Below are positions 39,232-49,271 of a DNA stretch of 64,000 nt, in pieces. The notes beneath the pieces are model-generated. The model searched no databases and was not told the DNA's origin. It saw only the letters and a list, made by a program, of their open reading frames with translations. The stretch is from Candidatus Heimdallarchaeum aukensis (GTDB lineage: Archaea; Asgardarchaeota; Heimdallarchaeia; Heimdallarchaeales; Heimdallarchaeaceae). The stretch covers positions 2,944,001 to 3,008,000 of the forward strand of contig CP084166.1 of assembly GCA_021513695.1 (NCBI GenBank). The letters run 5' to 3'. The translations under genes and the position numbers were made by a program. The stretch's first letter is position 1; each line of letters starts with the position of its first letter.

Positions 39232-39254
39232 TTAAAGAAAAAAAATTGTGAAAA

Positions 39255-40265
39255 CTAAATGTTCTCTCTAAGATCAATTATATGCTCTGAAGAAGGACCT
39301 GTACCGATTAAACTCACTTTAACCTTTGTTTCTTGTTCTACTCTGTCAATGAACTCTTGAGCTTCTCCTTTAATTTGATCAATTGATGTTGCTCCTTTCA
39401 ATTCAGGGAAAACTATATCAAATTTAGTTAAAGCAATCTGTGTAGCTCCATTTAGTCTTACTGACTTTTTTGCGAGTTCAAAATTAAATGGCGCTGCTCT
39501 TCTAGGACGACCTGTTACTGCTCCGTATTCTACCCATCCTCTTTTTTTCATTTCGTCTAAAGAGAGCTCTCCTGGAAGTTCTCCTTCTCCAACTCTAGTT
39601 ATAAAAGCTTTCATTACTACTAACACTTCGTCAACTTTTGTTGGGCCCACGCCCAGATCAGAACAAATACCAGCAGCACAAGTGTCGTGTGAAGTGACAT
39701 AAGGATATGAACCATGATAGAGAGATAAAAAGGCAGCTTGACTTCCTTCTGCAATAACACTTTCACCTGATTCAAGAACTTTGTTTATTTCAAAACTTAC
39801 ATCAGTTAAGTATTGTTTTAATTCAGGGATATCTCGAGCTAACTTTAATGTTCTCATTGCTCTGTCCATGTTAGCTGGTCCACATCCACTTCCAGTTGTC
39901 CCAATTTTTCCCGATAAATGTTTGTCTTTTGTATCCATATCAATGTGCTTTTGTTCAATTATTCCCGATTGAAAGTCTACTTTTAGTCTATCTTCAGTTT
40001 TAGTATTCTTTATCTCTTGAAGTAGAACAGTAGGATTTACAAGCACTCCTGCTCCTATAAGCAATTTTGCTTTGTTGTTAACAAAGCCAGAAGGAACCAT
40101 TCTTAACTTGTATTCTATCCCTTCATGTTGTATAGTATGTCCAGCATTGGGTCCTGTTCCCGCTCTAGCAATTATTGAAGGTTCATCTTTTATTGCCAAA
40201 TAGGAACAAATTTTTCCTTTTCCTTCGTCTCCCCAAAATCCTCCAGCTATGATAGTAAATGTCAT
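39255..40265 (-). CDS. purA: Adenylosuccinate synthetase (short archaeal type)
   Basis: 336 aa with the N-terminal P-loop GGFWGDEGKGKI and conserved ...GTTGSGCGPA. Confidence 0.85.
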   Translation of the reverse strand: MTFTIIAGGFWGDEGKGKICSYLAIKDEPSIIARAGTGPNAGHTIQHEGIEYKLRMVPSGFVNNKAKLLIGAGVLVNPTVLLQEIKNTKTEDRLKVDFQSGIIEQKHIDMDTKDKHLSGKIGTTGSGCGPANMDRAMRTLKLARDIPELKQYLTDVSFEINKVLESGESVIAEGSQAAFLSLYHGSYPYVTSHDTCAAGICSDLGVGPTKVDEVLVVMKAFITRVGEGELPGELSLDEMKKRGWVEYGAVTGRPRRAAPFNFELAKKSVRLNGATQIALTKFDIVFPELKGATSIDQIKGEAQEFIDRVEQETKVKVSLIGTGPSSEHIIDLRENI

Positions 40266-40439
40266 TTGTGGAAGGGAGAAAATTTAATATTTTAAATTAA
40301 TTGATAGGTAATAGCTTTATTTTTTCTAAAAATCAATTTTTCTCTCTTTTTGCTTATTTATTTTCTCTCTTTTTCTTATTTCATTCTCATACTTTTTTTG
40401 CAAATCTACGAAAAACTAATAAAGTTAGAATATAATTAA

Positions 40440-41009
40440 TTGATTATGTCAGCATTTGGTGTCGTCAAAATTGTACTACTTGGAGACTATGCTGCAGGAA
40501 AAACAACTCTAAAAAGAAGTTTTATGGGTCTTCATTTAGATGAAGTATACTTAAGCACTTTAGGAGTTGATCTAGCTTCTTATCATTTCGTTGATGATAA
40601 CTTTGATTTAAAGTATCAAATATGGGATCTCGGAGGGCAACCAGAATTTAAGACTATACGTGTTCAACAATATAAAGGTACAGAAGGAGGGTTACTTGTT
40701 TTTGATAAAGCAAGAGTTGAGACTTTCGAACATTTATCTGATTGGTTAGAAGAGCTTAGTAGCTCAATCTCTAATCGTGTTCCTATTTTCTTAATAGGTA
40801 ATAAATCAGATCTTCTTTCTCATGAAGAAAATGCTGAAATGGATAGAAAGGCAGAGAAATTTATAGAAGATAATCAAAATACTTACCCCGAGATTGATCT
40901 TAAAGGTTATTTTGCAACATGTGCTTTAACTGGTGAAAACGTTAGAGAAGCTTTTTTAGCTCTTGGTAAAGAAATAATTAAAATAAAGAGCGATAGAATG
41001 CTCATTTAA
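40440..41009 (+). CDS. Ras-superfamily small GTPase (Rab/Arf-like)
   Basis: G1 LLGDYAAGKTT, G2 Thr (YLSTLGVD), G3 WDLGGQ, G4 GNKSD. 189 aa. Confidence 0.75.
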   Translation: MIMSAFGVVKIVLLGDYAAGKTTLKRSFMGLHLDEVYLSTLGVDLASYHFVDDNFDLKYQIWDLGGQPEFKTIRVQQYKGTEGGLLVFDKARVETFEHLSDWLEELSSSISNRVPIFLIGNKSDLLSHEENAEMDRKAEKFIEDNQNTYPEIDLKGYFATCALTGENVREAFLALGKEIIKIKSDRMLI

Positions 41010-41102
41010 ATAGTAAGTAATTTTGTTCTTTCTCAATTTGCCATAGAATAGAACACAACATTCTTATTGATAATTTTTTAAAGCCTTATAACATTAAATA
41101 AT

Positions 41103-42029
41103 GTGATAATTATGGCATCTTTCTTGGGACAAATGATTGTTTCTTTATTACCACTACTCATCTTTCTTGGTCTTTATATTGGTTTCTTTATATGGGGAAG
41201 ATTTGCAAATAAAAAAATCAAAGAACAGAGACTTGACGATGTATTAACAGCTTTGGAACTTTACAATGATAATTATGTAAGAAAAGATCCAAATGATAGG
41301 CAAATAGAGTTAAGATTACAGTTGAAAGATGAATTTCAAGTAAAATCTGCTTCAGCTTGGATTATTCTTTTACCTAGAACAAGCTTTCCAACTATGTTTG
41401 TAGACAAACTATTCTTCAAAAACAAAGATTCTTTCGGGTTAGCTGCTAATTTCCATCATAAACCTAGAGTAGTTTTTGAACTTATTCCTTATAAGTTGAA
41501 ATCTGCAATTAGAAGGGATTTTGATTATTTAATTGAACTTGACGATATTAATACAAAGGATGAAGAAATAAACAATAAATTTCTAATTAAAAGTAATAAA
41601 CCTCAGGTAATTGGTCAATTTATACGAAGTAAATCTTTCATGAATATTTTACGCAAATATCATAACGAAATACAATGGCTAAGTGTTCGAACAGATAGTC
41701 CTCATTTTGAAATGAAATTCAATTTTCCCAAGGAAAATATAGATCTATTGCAACTTGTAAAATTCTGTTTTCTTTCGCTTAAATTTTTTGGAAAAGTTAC
41801 AGAATCAACGAAGAATCAACCTATTCCTGTTATTATTCCACCTAAAAAACTTACTGAAAAAGAAAAAGCAAAAAGAGAAAAAGAGAGACAAAAAGAAAAA
41901 GAAAGAATAATTAAGGAACAAAAGAAAAAGCGTGAAAAAGAAAAGAAAGAAATGAAGAAAAAGAAAAATCAAAATCTAAATCAAAATCAAAAGACTAAAA
42001 CTAGTGCAAAAAAGAAAACAAAGAAATAA
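41103..42029 (+). CDS. Hypothetical N-terminally membrane-anchored protein with a Lys/Glu-rich low-complexity C-terminal tail
   Basis: N-terminal TM helix (LLPLLIFLGLYIGFFIW). The C-terminus is KEKAKREKERQKEKERIIKEQKKKREKEKKEMKKKKNQ... Immediately downstream of the small GTPase. Confidence 0.5.
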   Translation: MIIMASFLGQMIVSLLPLLIFLGLYIGFFIWGRFANKKIKEQRLDDVLTALELYNDNYVRKDPNDRQIELRLQLKDEFQVKSASAWIILLPRTSFPTMFVDKLFFKNKDSFGLAANFHHKPRVVFELIPYKLKSAIRRDFDYLIELDDINTKDEEINNKFLIKSNKPQVIGQFIRSKSFMNILRKYHNEIQWLSVRTDSPHFEMKFNFPKENIDLLQLVKFCFLSLKFFGKVTESTKNQPIPVIIPPKKLTEKEKAKREKERQKEKERIIKEQKKKREKEKKEMKKKKNQNLNQNQKTKTSAKKKTKK

Positions 42030-42155
42030 AATCTTCATTTTTTCATTTTTCTCTTTAGTAATCACTAGTCAGTTTTAAATCACTTTGAAAAAATATTTCC
42101 AATCTTTTATCTCGAAATTGTCTAAAAAATTTAAAAAAAAGTTAGTAAAAGTGTT

Positions 42156-43613
42156 TTATTGTTGGATTGTTATCTCGTAAAGAAGTCTATTTTCTGGAGT
42201 TCTAAATGAGACAGTGATATTTCCATCATTAAATTGTAAATCTGCGAATCCAAAATGTGTATTATCAAAGAATAACGAGTTTTCTGTAAAGTATGTTGGA
42301 TCAAGGTCAAGAATTCCTCCCATTGTACCCACAATAAAATAATTTACTCCGTCCTGATTTATGTGTTCCATCTGATGGTCATGGCCAGAAAAAACTAAAT
42401 CTACTCCGTTCTCAAGGAAAAGGTCATGAAAAGTGTTTATCATATCTTGATTATCATACCATGGTACCCCATCATATTCTGTGCTTGAAGCGTAATAATA
42501 TGCATGATTCATTATTATTATCCAGTCATCTGGATTAAGAGTTTTTAATCTATTCTCGAACCATTCTTGTTGAGCTTTAGTATAAGTTTCGGTTCCCCAT
42601 TCCAAATCTAAAGTGAAAACATGGATGTTAGGACCAAAATCATATTGGTGCCATAGTTGTGAATCGCTAGAATTGTTTGGAGCTTTTTTAGGATAGAAAT
42701 ATTCTTTCCAAAAATCTACTCCTCCAAACCATCCATCGTGATTTCCGATTACATTGCGATAAGGAATTAGGGTGGTATATTTTGAGAAAAAGTCAATTTG
42801 TTCTTTATATTGGCTATCGTCATTACCCATCTCTACAATATCTCCCAAGCAGAAGAATGCACTGTAACCATTATCTGGTGAAGATATCTGTTCTAGTATA
42901 AGTTTTGTTGCGGTGATGTTATTATCTTCTGCTCCAATATGGGGATCAGAACTAACTGCAAAACGTAAATTATCTGTTGATGATGGGAAATATGTAAAAT
43001 TATAAACCGTACCTTCTCCATTAATCTGGTAGAAATATTGTGTATCAGCAACTAAATCCTCTAAAACAAAAACATGGATCTTGGTTTTCTGTTGCTCGTT
43101 TAGGCGTATAGTCATCTCTGATGTAGAACCAAATGTTAGATAATTTGTTGAAGCTTTTTGTGTATAAAATATAACCGCTAAGTTTGGATAACCACTTATT
43201 CCTGGTTGATCTATAATCATTAATTCTGGAGCTTTGTCCCCAACATGGTGATAAGGTTTAAGATAAACTATATACGCACCTGTTAGAATAATTCCAGCTA
43301 GAACAATTACATAGATATATTTTCCAGGAATCTTTTTCGGAATTTTCAATTTTTTCAACCTAATAACAAAATCTGAAATAAATCCAAGAGGAATGATCAC
43401 AGCTACAAGGCAAATTATAAGAAATGTTTTAGCTTGTGAGGGGTTCCATTTGAATAGATGCAGATTTCTCTGTAACAGAATCACCCATAAAACAAGAGCA
43501 AATGTTGTAAAGGATAAAATAAAACTAATTAAAACCACATAGCGTTTTATCGGTTTCCATTTGTTTATTAATTCTTTAATTTTCATATAATCACTATTGA
43601 AGAGCTTCTCCAA
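42156..43613 (-). CDS. Membrane-anchored calcineurin-like metallophosphoesterase (purple acid phosphatase-like)
   Basis: Metal-binding motifs SSDPHIG, GDIVEMGN, GNHD, MNHAYYY, GHDHQMEH. N-terminal TM helices. Confidence 0.75.
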   Translation of the reverse strand: MEKLFNSDYMKIKELINKWKPIKRYVVLISFILSFTTFALVLWVILLQRNLHLFKWNPSQAKTFLIICLVAVIIPLGFISDFVIRLKKLKIPKKIPGKYIYVIVLAGIILTGAYIVYLKPYHHVGDKAPELMIIDQPGISGYPNLAVIFYTQKASTNYLTFGSTSEMTIRLNEQQKTKIHVFVLEDLVADTQYFYQINGEGTVYNFTYFPSSTDNLRFAVSSDPHIGAEDNNITATKLILEQISSPDNGYSAFFCLGDIVEMGNDDSQYKEQIDFFSKYTTLIPYRNVIGNHDGWFGGVDFWKEYFYPKKAPNNSSDSQLWHQYDFGPNIHVFTLDLEWGTETYTKAQQEWFENRLKTLNPDDWIIIMNHAYYYASSTEYDGVPWYDNQDMINTFHDLFLENGVDLVFSGHDHQMEHINQDGVNYFIVGTMGGILDLDPTYFTENSLFFDNTHFGFADLQFNDGNITVSFRTPENRLLYEITIQQ

Positions 43614-43818
43614 TATCTTTTAAAAAAATTTAGTTGTCCTAAAGTGATAGAAATGAGCAGAAGTAAAAAATAAAGATAAAATTAATACTAAGTCAATATT
43701 TCACTTTTTGAAGTAATGTTTAAAAAGGTTATTTTTTCAAAATCGTTGAGTTTAAGTTTCTAAAACTTATTTTATCTTCGCTATTATACCTATTTCAAAT
43801 ACAAAAATTAACTAAAAA

Positions 43819-44676
43819 GTGATAACTGTGAAAATTATCTTAGATAGCTCATGTGACTTACCAGAAGAGTATGTAAAAAAGTATGACATAAAAATTGCTC
43901 CAGTTTCAATCATGATGGATGGAAAAATATACAGAGACAGGTTTGAAGTAACTCCTGAGGAGTTCTACACTGTTTTAAGAGAGAAAAGAGAAAATTTACC
44001 GACAACTTCGGGAACAAGTCCAATGGAGTTTTATAACTGTATAATGGAATGCACAAAGTCTGATAATTCTGTGTTAATAGCAACAATATCTTCAAAGTTG
44101 TCGACTACATGGCAATCAGCTAATATTGCAATTAAAAGATTTAAAGACAAGACATTCCATTTAATTGATTCTTTGTCTGGTTCTGGAGCTTTAGGGCTTC
44201 TTGGTTTAGCTGCAGGAAAACTGTATAAGAAAGGAGAAAAAGAAGAGGAGATTATAAGGAAAGTCAAAGATATTCAAAAGAAAACAGTTGCAATGGGTTA
44301 TGTTGACGATCTTTATAACTTGCAAAAAAGTGGTAGGATATCCCAATTCAAATATTATTTGTCAAATCTTTTGAATGCAAAGCCTATTATGCGGGTAAAG
44401 GACGGTTTTATCGTTCCGCTTGATAAAGCAAGAGGAAAAGCTAAAGCAATAGAGAAACTAATAAAACATCTCTTTAAAGCTATTAAATCAATAAATGAAA
44501 CTGAATTAGACTGCATGATCACCCATAGCGACGATATTGAAACAGCAGAATATATTATGAATAAACTAGATAAAAAACTGAGTTTTAATGAAAAAATAAT
44601 TCATTACCTTACTCCTGCTTTAGCTGTTCATTTAGGTTTAGGAACTATCGTGGTTAGTGTAGCACCTTCGCCTTGA
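43819..44676 (+). CDS. DegV-family fatty-acid-binding protein
   Basis: The N-terminus KIILDSSCDLPEEYVKKYDIKIAPVSIMMDGKIYRD is the canonical DegV start. Confidence 0.8.
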   Translation: MITVKIILDSSCDLPEEYVKKYDIKIAPVSIMMDGKIYRDRFEVTPEEFYTVLREKRENLPTTSGTSPMEFYNCIMECTKSDNSVLIATISSKLSTTWQSANIAIKRFKDKTFHLIDSLSGSGALGLLGLAAGKLYKKGEKEEEIIRKVKDIQKKTVAMGYVDDLYNLQKSGRISQFKYYLSNLLNAKPIMRVKDGFIVPLDKARGKAKAIEKLIKHLFKAIKSINETELDCMITHSDDIETAEYIMNKLDKKLSFNEKIIHYLTPALAVHLGLGTIVVSVAPSP

Positions 44677-44677
44677 A

Positions 44678-46225
44678 TTAATCCGCTAAATCTTTAGCTA
44701 CAAAATTTTTTGCTTGGACTATTACTTTATTAATGTACAGTGGAATATCTGAAGCCATTAGTCCATCACCATATTCTTTTGCTGCAAGTTCTCCAGCCTT
44801 TCCTGAAATATATGCAGCTAAACAAGCAGAAACAAAAGTGTCATCCGAAATTGCTAAGAGAGTAGCAGTTATTCCAGTTAAAACATCTCCAGTTCCTCCT
44901 ACAGTCATTCCTGGATGGCCAGTTGAGTTAAGTTTTGTTATCAAACCATTAGAAATAATATCTATTTTTCCTTTTTGTAAGATAGTCACACCCCATTTCT
45001 TAGCTAGTTCTTGAATAATTCTTTTTCTATCTTCTAATTTGTCTGGAAGTTCTGTTTGAAAAACACGATAAAATTCCATCTTGTGGGGAGTTATTACAGT
45101 ATCATGATTTCTGAGTAACTTCAATTCTTCAACACTTAAGCTTGAAAGAGCTCCTGCATCAATAATTAACTTTCTTCTATGTTTAGTTTTTAAAATTCCG
45201 GAAACTAACATTCTAGTATTTTCATTTCTGATTGTTCCAGGACCAATAATAAACACTGCTTTCTTAAATCTTCTATCTTCAAGCACTTTTTTTGCATCTT
45301 CTTCATTTAGTTCATCATTACTTCCAGGAATAGTTATTAAATCAGGAGAAAAAGAACTTATTATAGACCTAACATTTTTTGGAGTGTATATGTATACTAA
45401 ATCCGCTCCTGTCCTAAAAGCACCTAAAGCCGATAAAACTGGTGCTCCAGTATAATAAATTGATCCTCCTATTACCACAACTATCCCGTTGTCTCCTTTG
45501 TGACTGTCACTTTTTCTTTCTGGAAAAAACCACTTTAAATCTCCAATTCCTATGTAAGTTTCTGCTTCTGGGGGAATGCCTATATCTTTTACAACGATAG
45601 AACCAGCAGAAAAATCACCCTCTTTTATTTTATTTTTTCCTAAACAAATAATTTTTGCAGGTTCTTTAATAAATACAGAGTTATTTGTTTCTGGATTATA
45701 TCCTGAAGGAATGTCTATTGCTATAATTTTTTTCTTAAATTTCTTATTAAAAATATTAATTATTGAAAAAATAGGTTCTCTAGGAGTACCACTAATCCCA
45801 ATTCCTAATAAACCGTCTACTATCCAATCTTTGTCTGAAATATTTGTAAAGACTGATTGAATGTCATTAACATCTTTTATCCTAAACCATCTACTTTCTT
45901 CAAGTAATTCTTTCAGTTTCTCATAATTTTTTTGAGAAGATTGAGAATTGAAAGTATCTTTTTTCCCAACTAGGACTATTTTGCAATCATAACCTTCGTT
46001 AGTCAAATATCTCGCAGCTACTAAACCATCTCCACCATTATTCCCAAAGCCACAGAAAAAGAAAATGGTTGAGTCTTTCCCTATTTTTGGAACATTCATC
46101 ATCTCTTCTGCAATAGACTTTCCAGCTTTTTCCATAAGAGTCTCAATTGCGAAACCCATGGCAAAAGCATTATCTTCATAAGCTCTTGTTTCTCTTATAG
46201 TATAATATTCTAGTTGTTTGAGCAA
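44678..46225 (-). CDS. nnr: Bifunctional NAD(P)H-hydrate repair enzyme Nnr (YjeF-N epimerase + ADP-dependent dehydratase)
   Basis: YjeF_N motif FFFCGFGNNGGDGLVAARYL and C-terminal carbohydrate-kinase-like GGSIYYTGAPVLSALGAFRTGADLV ... GGTGDVLTG. Confidence 0.85.
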   Translation of the reverse strand: MLKQLEYYTIRETRAYEDNAFAMGFAIETLMEKAGKSIAEEMMNVPKIGKDSTIFFFCGFGNNGGDGLVAARYLTNEGYDCKIVLVGKKDTFNSQSSQKNYEKLKELLEESRWFRIKDVNDIQSVFTNISDKDWIVDGLLGIGISGTPREPIFSIINIFNKKFKKKIIAIDIPSGYNPETNNSVFIKEPAKIICLGKNKIKEGDFSAGSIVVKDIGIPPEAETYIGIGDLKWFFPERKSDSHKGDNGIVVVIGGSIYYTGAPVLSALGAFRTGADLVYIYTPKNVRSIISSFSPDLITIPGSNDELNEEDAKKVLEDRRFKKAVFIIGPGTIRNENTRMLVSGILKTKHRRKLIIDAGALSSLSVEELKLLRNHDTVITPHKMEFYRVFQTELPDKLEDRKRIIQELAKKWGVTILQKGKIDIISNGLITKLNSTGHPGMTVGGTGDVLTGITATLLAISDDTFVSACLAAYISGKAGELAAKEYGDGLMASDIPLYINKVIVQAKNFVAKDLAD

Positions 46226-46339
46226 TTAAATCAATTCTTAGTGAATTACTATTCTTAAAAATATTTTTAGCTAAGAAAAAATTTTTCTTCCTCTTCGAGA
46301 AAAAAAAGGTGGAAATGAAAAAGAAAAATAAGAAAAAAA

Positions 46340-46909
46340 TTAAAAGCGATCAGAGTATTTCTTTGCTTTATTGTGATTCTCGTTAAGTTCATTGTTTAAT
46401 TTTTCTAACAATTTTCTAGTTTTACTAATTATTTTTTTGTATTCTTTGAATTCTTCATTAAATGAACTTAATGACGATTGAATTAATTGCGTGTCTCCGC
46501 CATTTTCATTGAAAAAATTAATTGTTTTGCTGAGATTCTTAACCACAGTCCTTATTGTTTCAGTCTTAAACTGTTCTTTTTTATTGTGTTTTATTATTTC
46601 TTGAGCTGTCTTTACTGGAAAATCAAGCCCATCAATTTCCATCATAAGAACATGCCCATCAGCATAAATTTCGTCAAGCATTGAAAAAAGTGATCCTAGG
46701 GACGATAAATGTTTTACTACACCATTTTTTAATTTATTTAAAGAATTTTTTTCTTTTAAGGCTTTGTTAATTTTTTCTATAATGATTGGTCCTAAATTTT
46801 CTAATTTGCTTACAGTATCATTCCATTTTTCATAATATGTTTGAAATGATTCAATAATCGAGCCTGTTGCATAGGCTAGAGAATCTGTTCTTCTAATTTT
46901 GTTTTTCAT
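46340..46909 (-). CDS. Hypothetical protein (189 aa), upstream of nnr
   Basis: Clean ORF with helical/coiled-coil-like C-terminus. No recognisable family. Confidence 0.4.
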   Translation of the reverse strand: MKNKIRRTDSLAYATGSIIESFQTYYEKWNDTVSKLENLGPIIIEKINKALKEKNSLNKLKNGVVKHLSSLGSLFSMLDEIYADGHVLMMEIDGLDFPVKTAQEIIKHNKKEQFKTETIRTVVKNLSKTINFFNENGGDTQLIQSSLSSFNEEFKEYKKIISKTRKLLEKLNNELNENHNKAKKYSDRF

Positions 46910-47201
46910 TTTAAACAGCTCCTAAAAATTGTTTGATGATGAAAAAATTGCAAAAAATGAATGATATTTCAATCATCAGTATTGTTTACACTTAATCCTA
47001 AAAAAAGTTATCTACTTAGGAAAGTGGAAAAAAATTAAAATTAAATTGAGAATTCTCAAAATTGCTCCTATAATTGGATAGACCGTCGAAAATGTATTTT
47101 TAAAAATTTAAAATCTCTTTTCCATAATGCTGTTTGTTTAGTTGTACTTGAATAAAAAAGAATTTTTAACTAAAAAAGTTAATTATCTAATACTTTTTTA
47201 A

Positions 47202-48224
47202 GTGACACTCTTTCTTTCAGATATGACTACTTCACTGACCCCTGAAGTAAGAGGAAAGGTGCTAGATGTTCAGTTGTATATCGCTCAAAGTGCTGTTTTA
47301 GCGCATAATATATTATTTATTACAGAACCAAAACCCGGTGCTGCATCTCCAAACTATCCTTTTAAAGACACTAAAGCAGCTGACTTTCTCTCAGGAGCTA
47401 GTTGTCTTTTTTATCCTCTCTTTGAACTTTCTAAAAGAGGGATTTTAGTAGCACAGAACCACTTGTGGTATGAAGATGCAGAACTTGGTTATTTTTTGAA
47501 AAAAGGGGTTGAAGAGTCAAAAAGATGGGTGAGAGGAGAAGGAAATACGATTTTAGGTACTTTACTTATGTTTTCTCCTTTAACAGTTGGAGTAGCTAAC
47601 TTTTATGCTACAGAAGGGATGAGAACAAACATTCCATTAGACTTGGATGTCGTAACTAAAATAACTGAAAATTTCCTGAAGCAATCTAGCAATGTAGATT
47701 GTGAAAATGTAACTAATCTTTTAGTAAAATATGTTTCCAAAAATCTATTACCTTCAGATAAAGAAGAAGATGATTTCACATCTTTCCTTAATATTTACCA
47801 ATATGAAAATAACAACTTATACGAATTTACTAAATTTTATGAAGAGAGAGATTTGATTTTCTTTGAACTTGCGAATAGATACAAAATAACTATAAATCAA
47901 GGTTATCCATTTTTCAAAAAAATGTATGAGCAAACAGAAGATTTTATTCAATCAACTTCTCAGACTTTTCTCTATCTTCTTTCATTAAAGACAGATACTC
48001 ATATAGCTAAAAGATTCGGTAATGAAGTAGCAAAAGAAGTAAAAGCAAGAGCAAAAGAAATAATGAAAAATGATGGACTGTTTACTGAAAAAGGACAAAA
48101 ACTAATTTCAGAACTTGACACTTATTTACGCTTTTCAAAAGAAAGAATAATCAATCCTGGTTCAGTAGCAGATATAACTGCTACGACCTTGTTTATCGCT
48201 ATCCTTGATGGTTATCGACCTTAA
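47202..48224 (+). CDS. CitG/MdcB-family triphosphoribosyl-dephospho-CoA synthase-like protein
   Basis: N-terminal ITEPKPGAASPNY (compare the TPKPG motif of CitG) and C-terminal INPGSVADITATTLFIAIL (compare SPGGSADLL...FLA of CitG). Confidence 0.55.
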   Translation: MTLFLSDMTTSLTPEVRGKVLDVQLYIAQSAVLAHNILFITEPKPGAASPNYPFKDTKAADFLSGASCLFYPLFELSKRGILVAQNHLWYEDAELGYFLKKGVEESKRWVRGEGNTILGTLLMFSPLTVGVANFYATEGMRTNIPLDLDVVTKITENFLKQSSNVDCENVTNLLVKYVSKNLLPSDKEEDDFTSFLNIYQYENNNLYEFTKFYEERDLIFFELANRYKITINQGYPFFKKMYEQTEDFIQSTSQTFLYLLSLKTDTHIAKRFGNEVAKEVKARAKEIMKNDGLFTEKGQKLISELDTYLRFSKERIINPGSVADITATTLFIAILDGYRP

Positions 48225-48251
48225 CCAATAACAGCTATATTTTTCCTTTTG

Positions 48252-49262
48252 TTAACTAATAAAGTTAAGAATCTTTTTCAACATATCTTCGCTTGATTGT
48301 TTGGATTGGATATTTGCAACAATGTATCTATTAACTAGATTAAGTACTATAGAAACAGAATTACTGAATTTTAATAGTTGTATAAGTGATTCGCTGTTGA
48401 ATAAGTATTCAAAACCTTTTGTTGAAGCTTGGAAGAGATCAAGCAATGATTTATTCTTATTATCAAGTTTTTCTAGATCTGTACTCGCTGTTTTTGAAAC
48501 AACAACAATTTCTGTTTCTTTAATATTAAAAGTTTCATTAAATTTTTGTTTTATATCTGCTTGTGTCATTATTTTAAATTTCTTTATGTCATCGAAAGAA
48601 AAAGCATTTAGCTTTCTCTCTGTAATAATGTGAACGAATGGAAGGATTATTGAGTTGAAGACATTTCCTTTAAAATTAATGTGATAAGCAATAGATGTTG
48701 ATGTTTGAAATTGTGATTTAATTATCTTGTTTATACTTTTTCCTAGAACTTGCATTATAGTAAAATTATCAACATTATAATTAGGTGAATCAGCTCTTAC
48801 GAATAAAGCTTTTCCCTCTTTAGAAAATATCCCCCAAGCTAAAGGGTCATCTTGTTTACTTAGTAATTTATTAGCTAATTCTATTCCCGTATATTGAAGT
48901 ATGTTTTTACATTTTTCTTGAAAAGAAGAGAATGTAGAAACATTTCCTCTGAAATTTTCGATATCTTCTTTATGTTCTTTGAAAAAGTTTGTGGCAATTA
49001 AATTTAGTATCTCTTCAGCATAGTCCGCAGGCATATCTTCTAATACTTGTACTACAAATAAAACAGAATTGAATTTCTTCAAAATAAATTGACTTTCTTG
49101 TAACATTACCCTAGAGATACTTTCTTTAGTTGTCTCCTCTGCAAATTTCATTAAAGCAGTAATTAGACCTCCAACTAAAGCTTCATCTTCTTTTGCATAA
49201 TCCTTGTAATCAAAAACTGGTATCCCTTCATTTGTTATAATTAAGATTCTTTTTATCAACAT
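48252..49262 (-). CDS. Roadblock/LC7 (longin-like) domain protein, probably tandem roadblock
   Basis: N-terminal RILIITNEGIPVFDY...ALVGGLITALMKFAEE...SISRVMLQESQFILKKFNSVLFVVQV is a textbook roadblock pattern. A second similar segment reads WGIFSKEGKALFVRADS...FTIMQVLGKSINKII. Confidence 0.55.
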   Translation of the reverse strand: MLIKRILIITNEGIPVFDYKDYAKEDEALVGGLITALMKFAEETTKESISRVMLQESQFILKKFNSVLFVVQVLEDMPADYAEEILNLIATNFFKEHKEDIENFRGNVSTFSSFQEKCKNILQYTGIELANKLLSKQDDPLAWGIFSKEGKALFVRADSPNYNVDNFTIMQVLGKSINKIIKSQFQTSTSIAYHINFKGNVFNSIILPFVHIITERKLNAFSFDDIKKFKIMTQADIKQKFNETFNIKETEIVVVSKTASTDLEKLDNKNKSLLDLFQASTKGFEYLFNSESLIQLLKFSNSVSIVLNLVNRYIVANIQSKQSSEDMLKKILNFIS

Positions 49263-49271
49263 CTTTATTTT

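Noticed and set aside
41850-42030. Apparent aaagaaaaag nucleotide-level low-complexity repeat
   Set aside because: It is the coding sequence of the Lys/Glu-rich C-terminal tail of the 41103-42029 protein, not a DNA repeat element.
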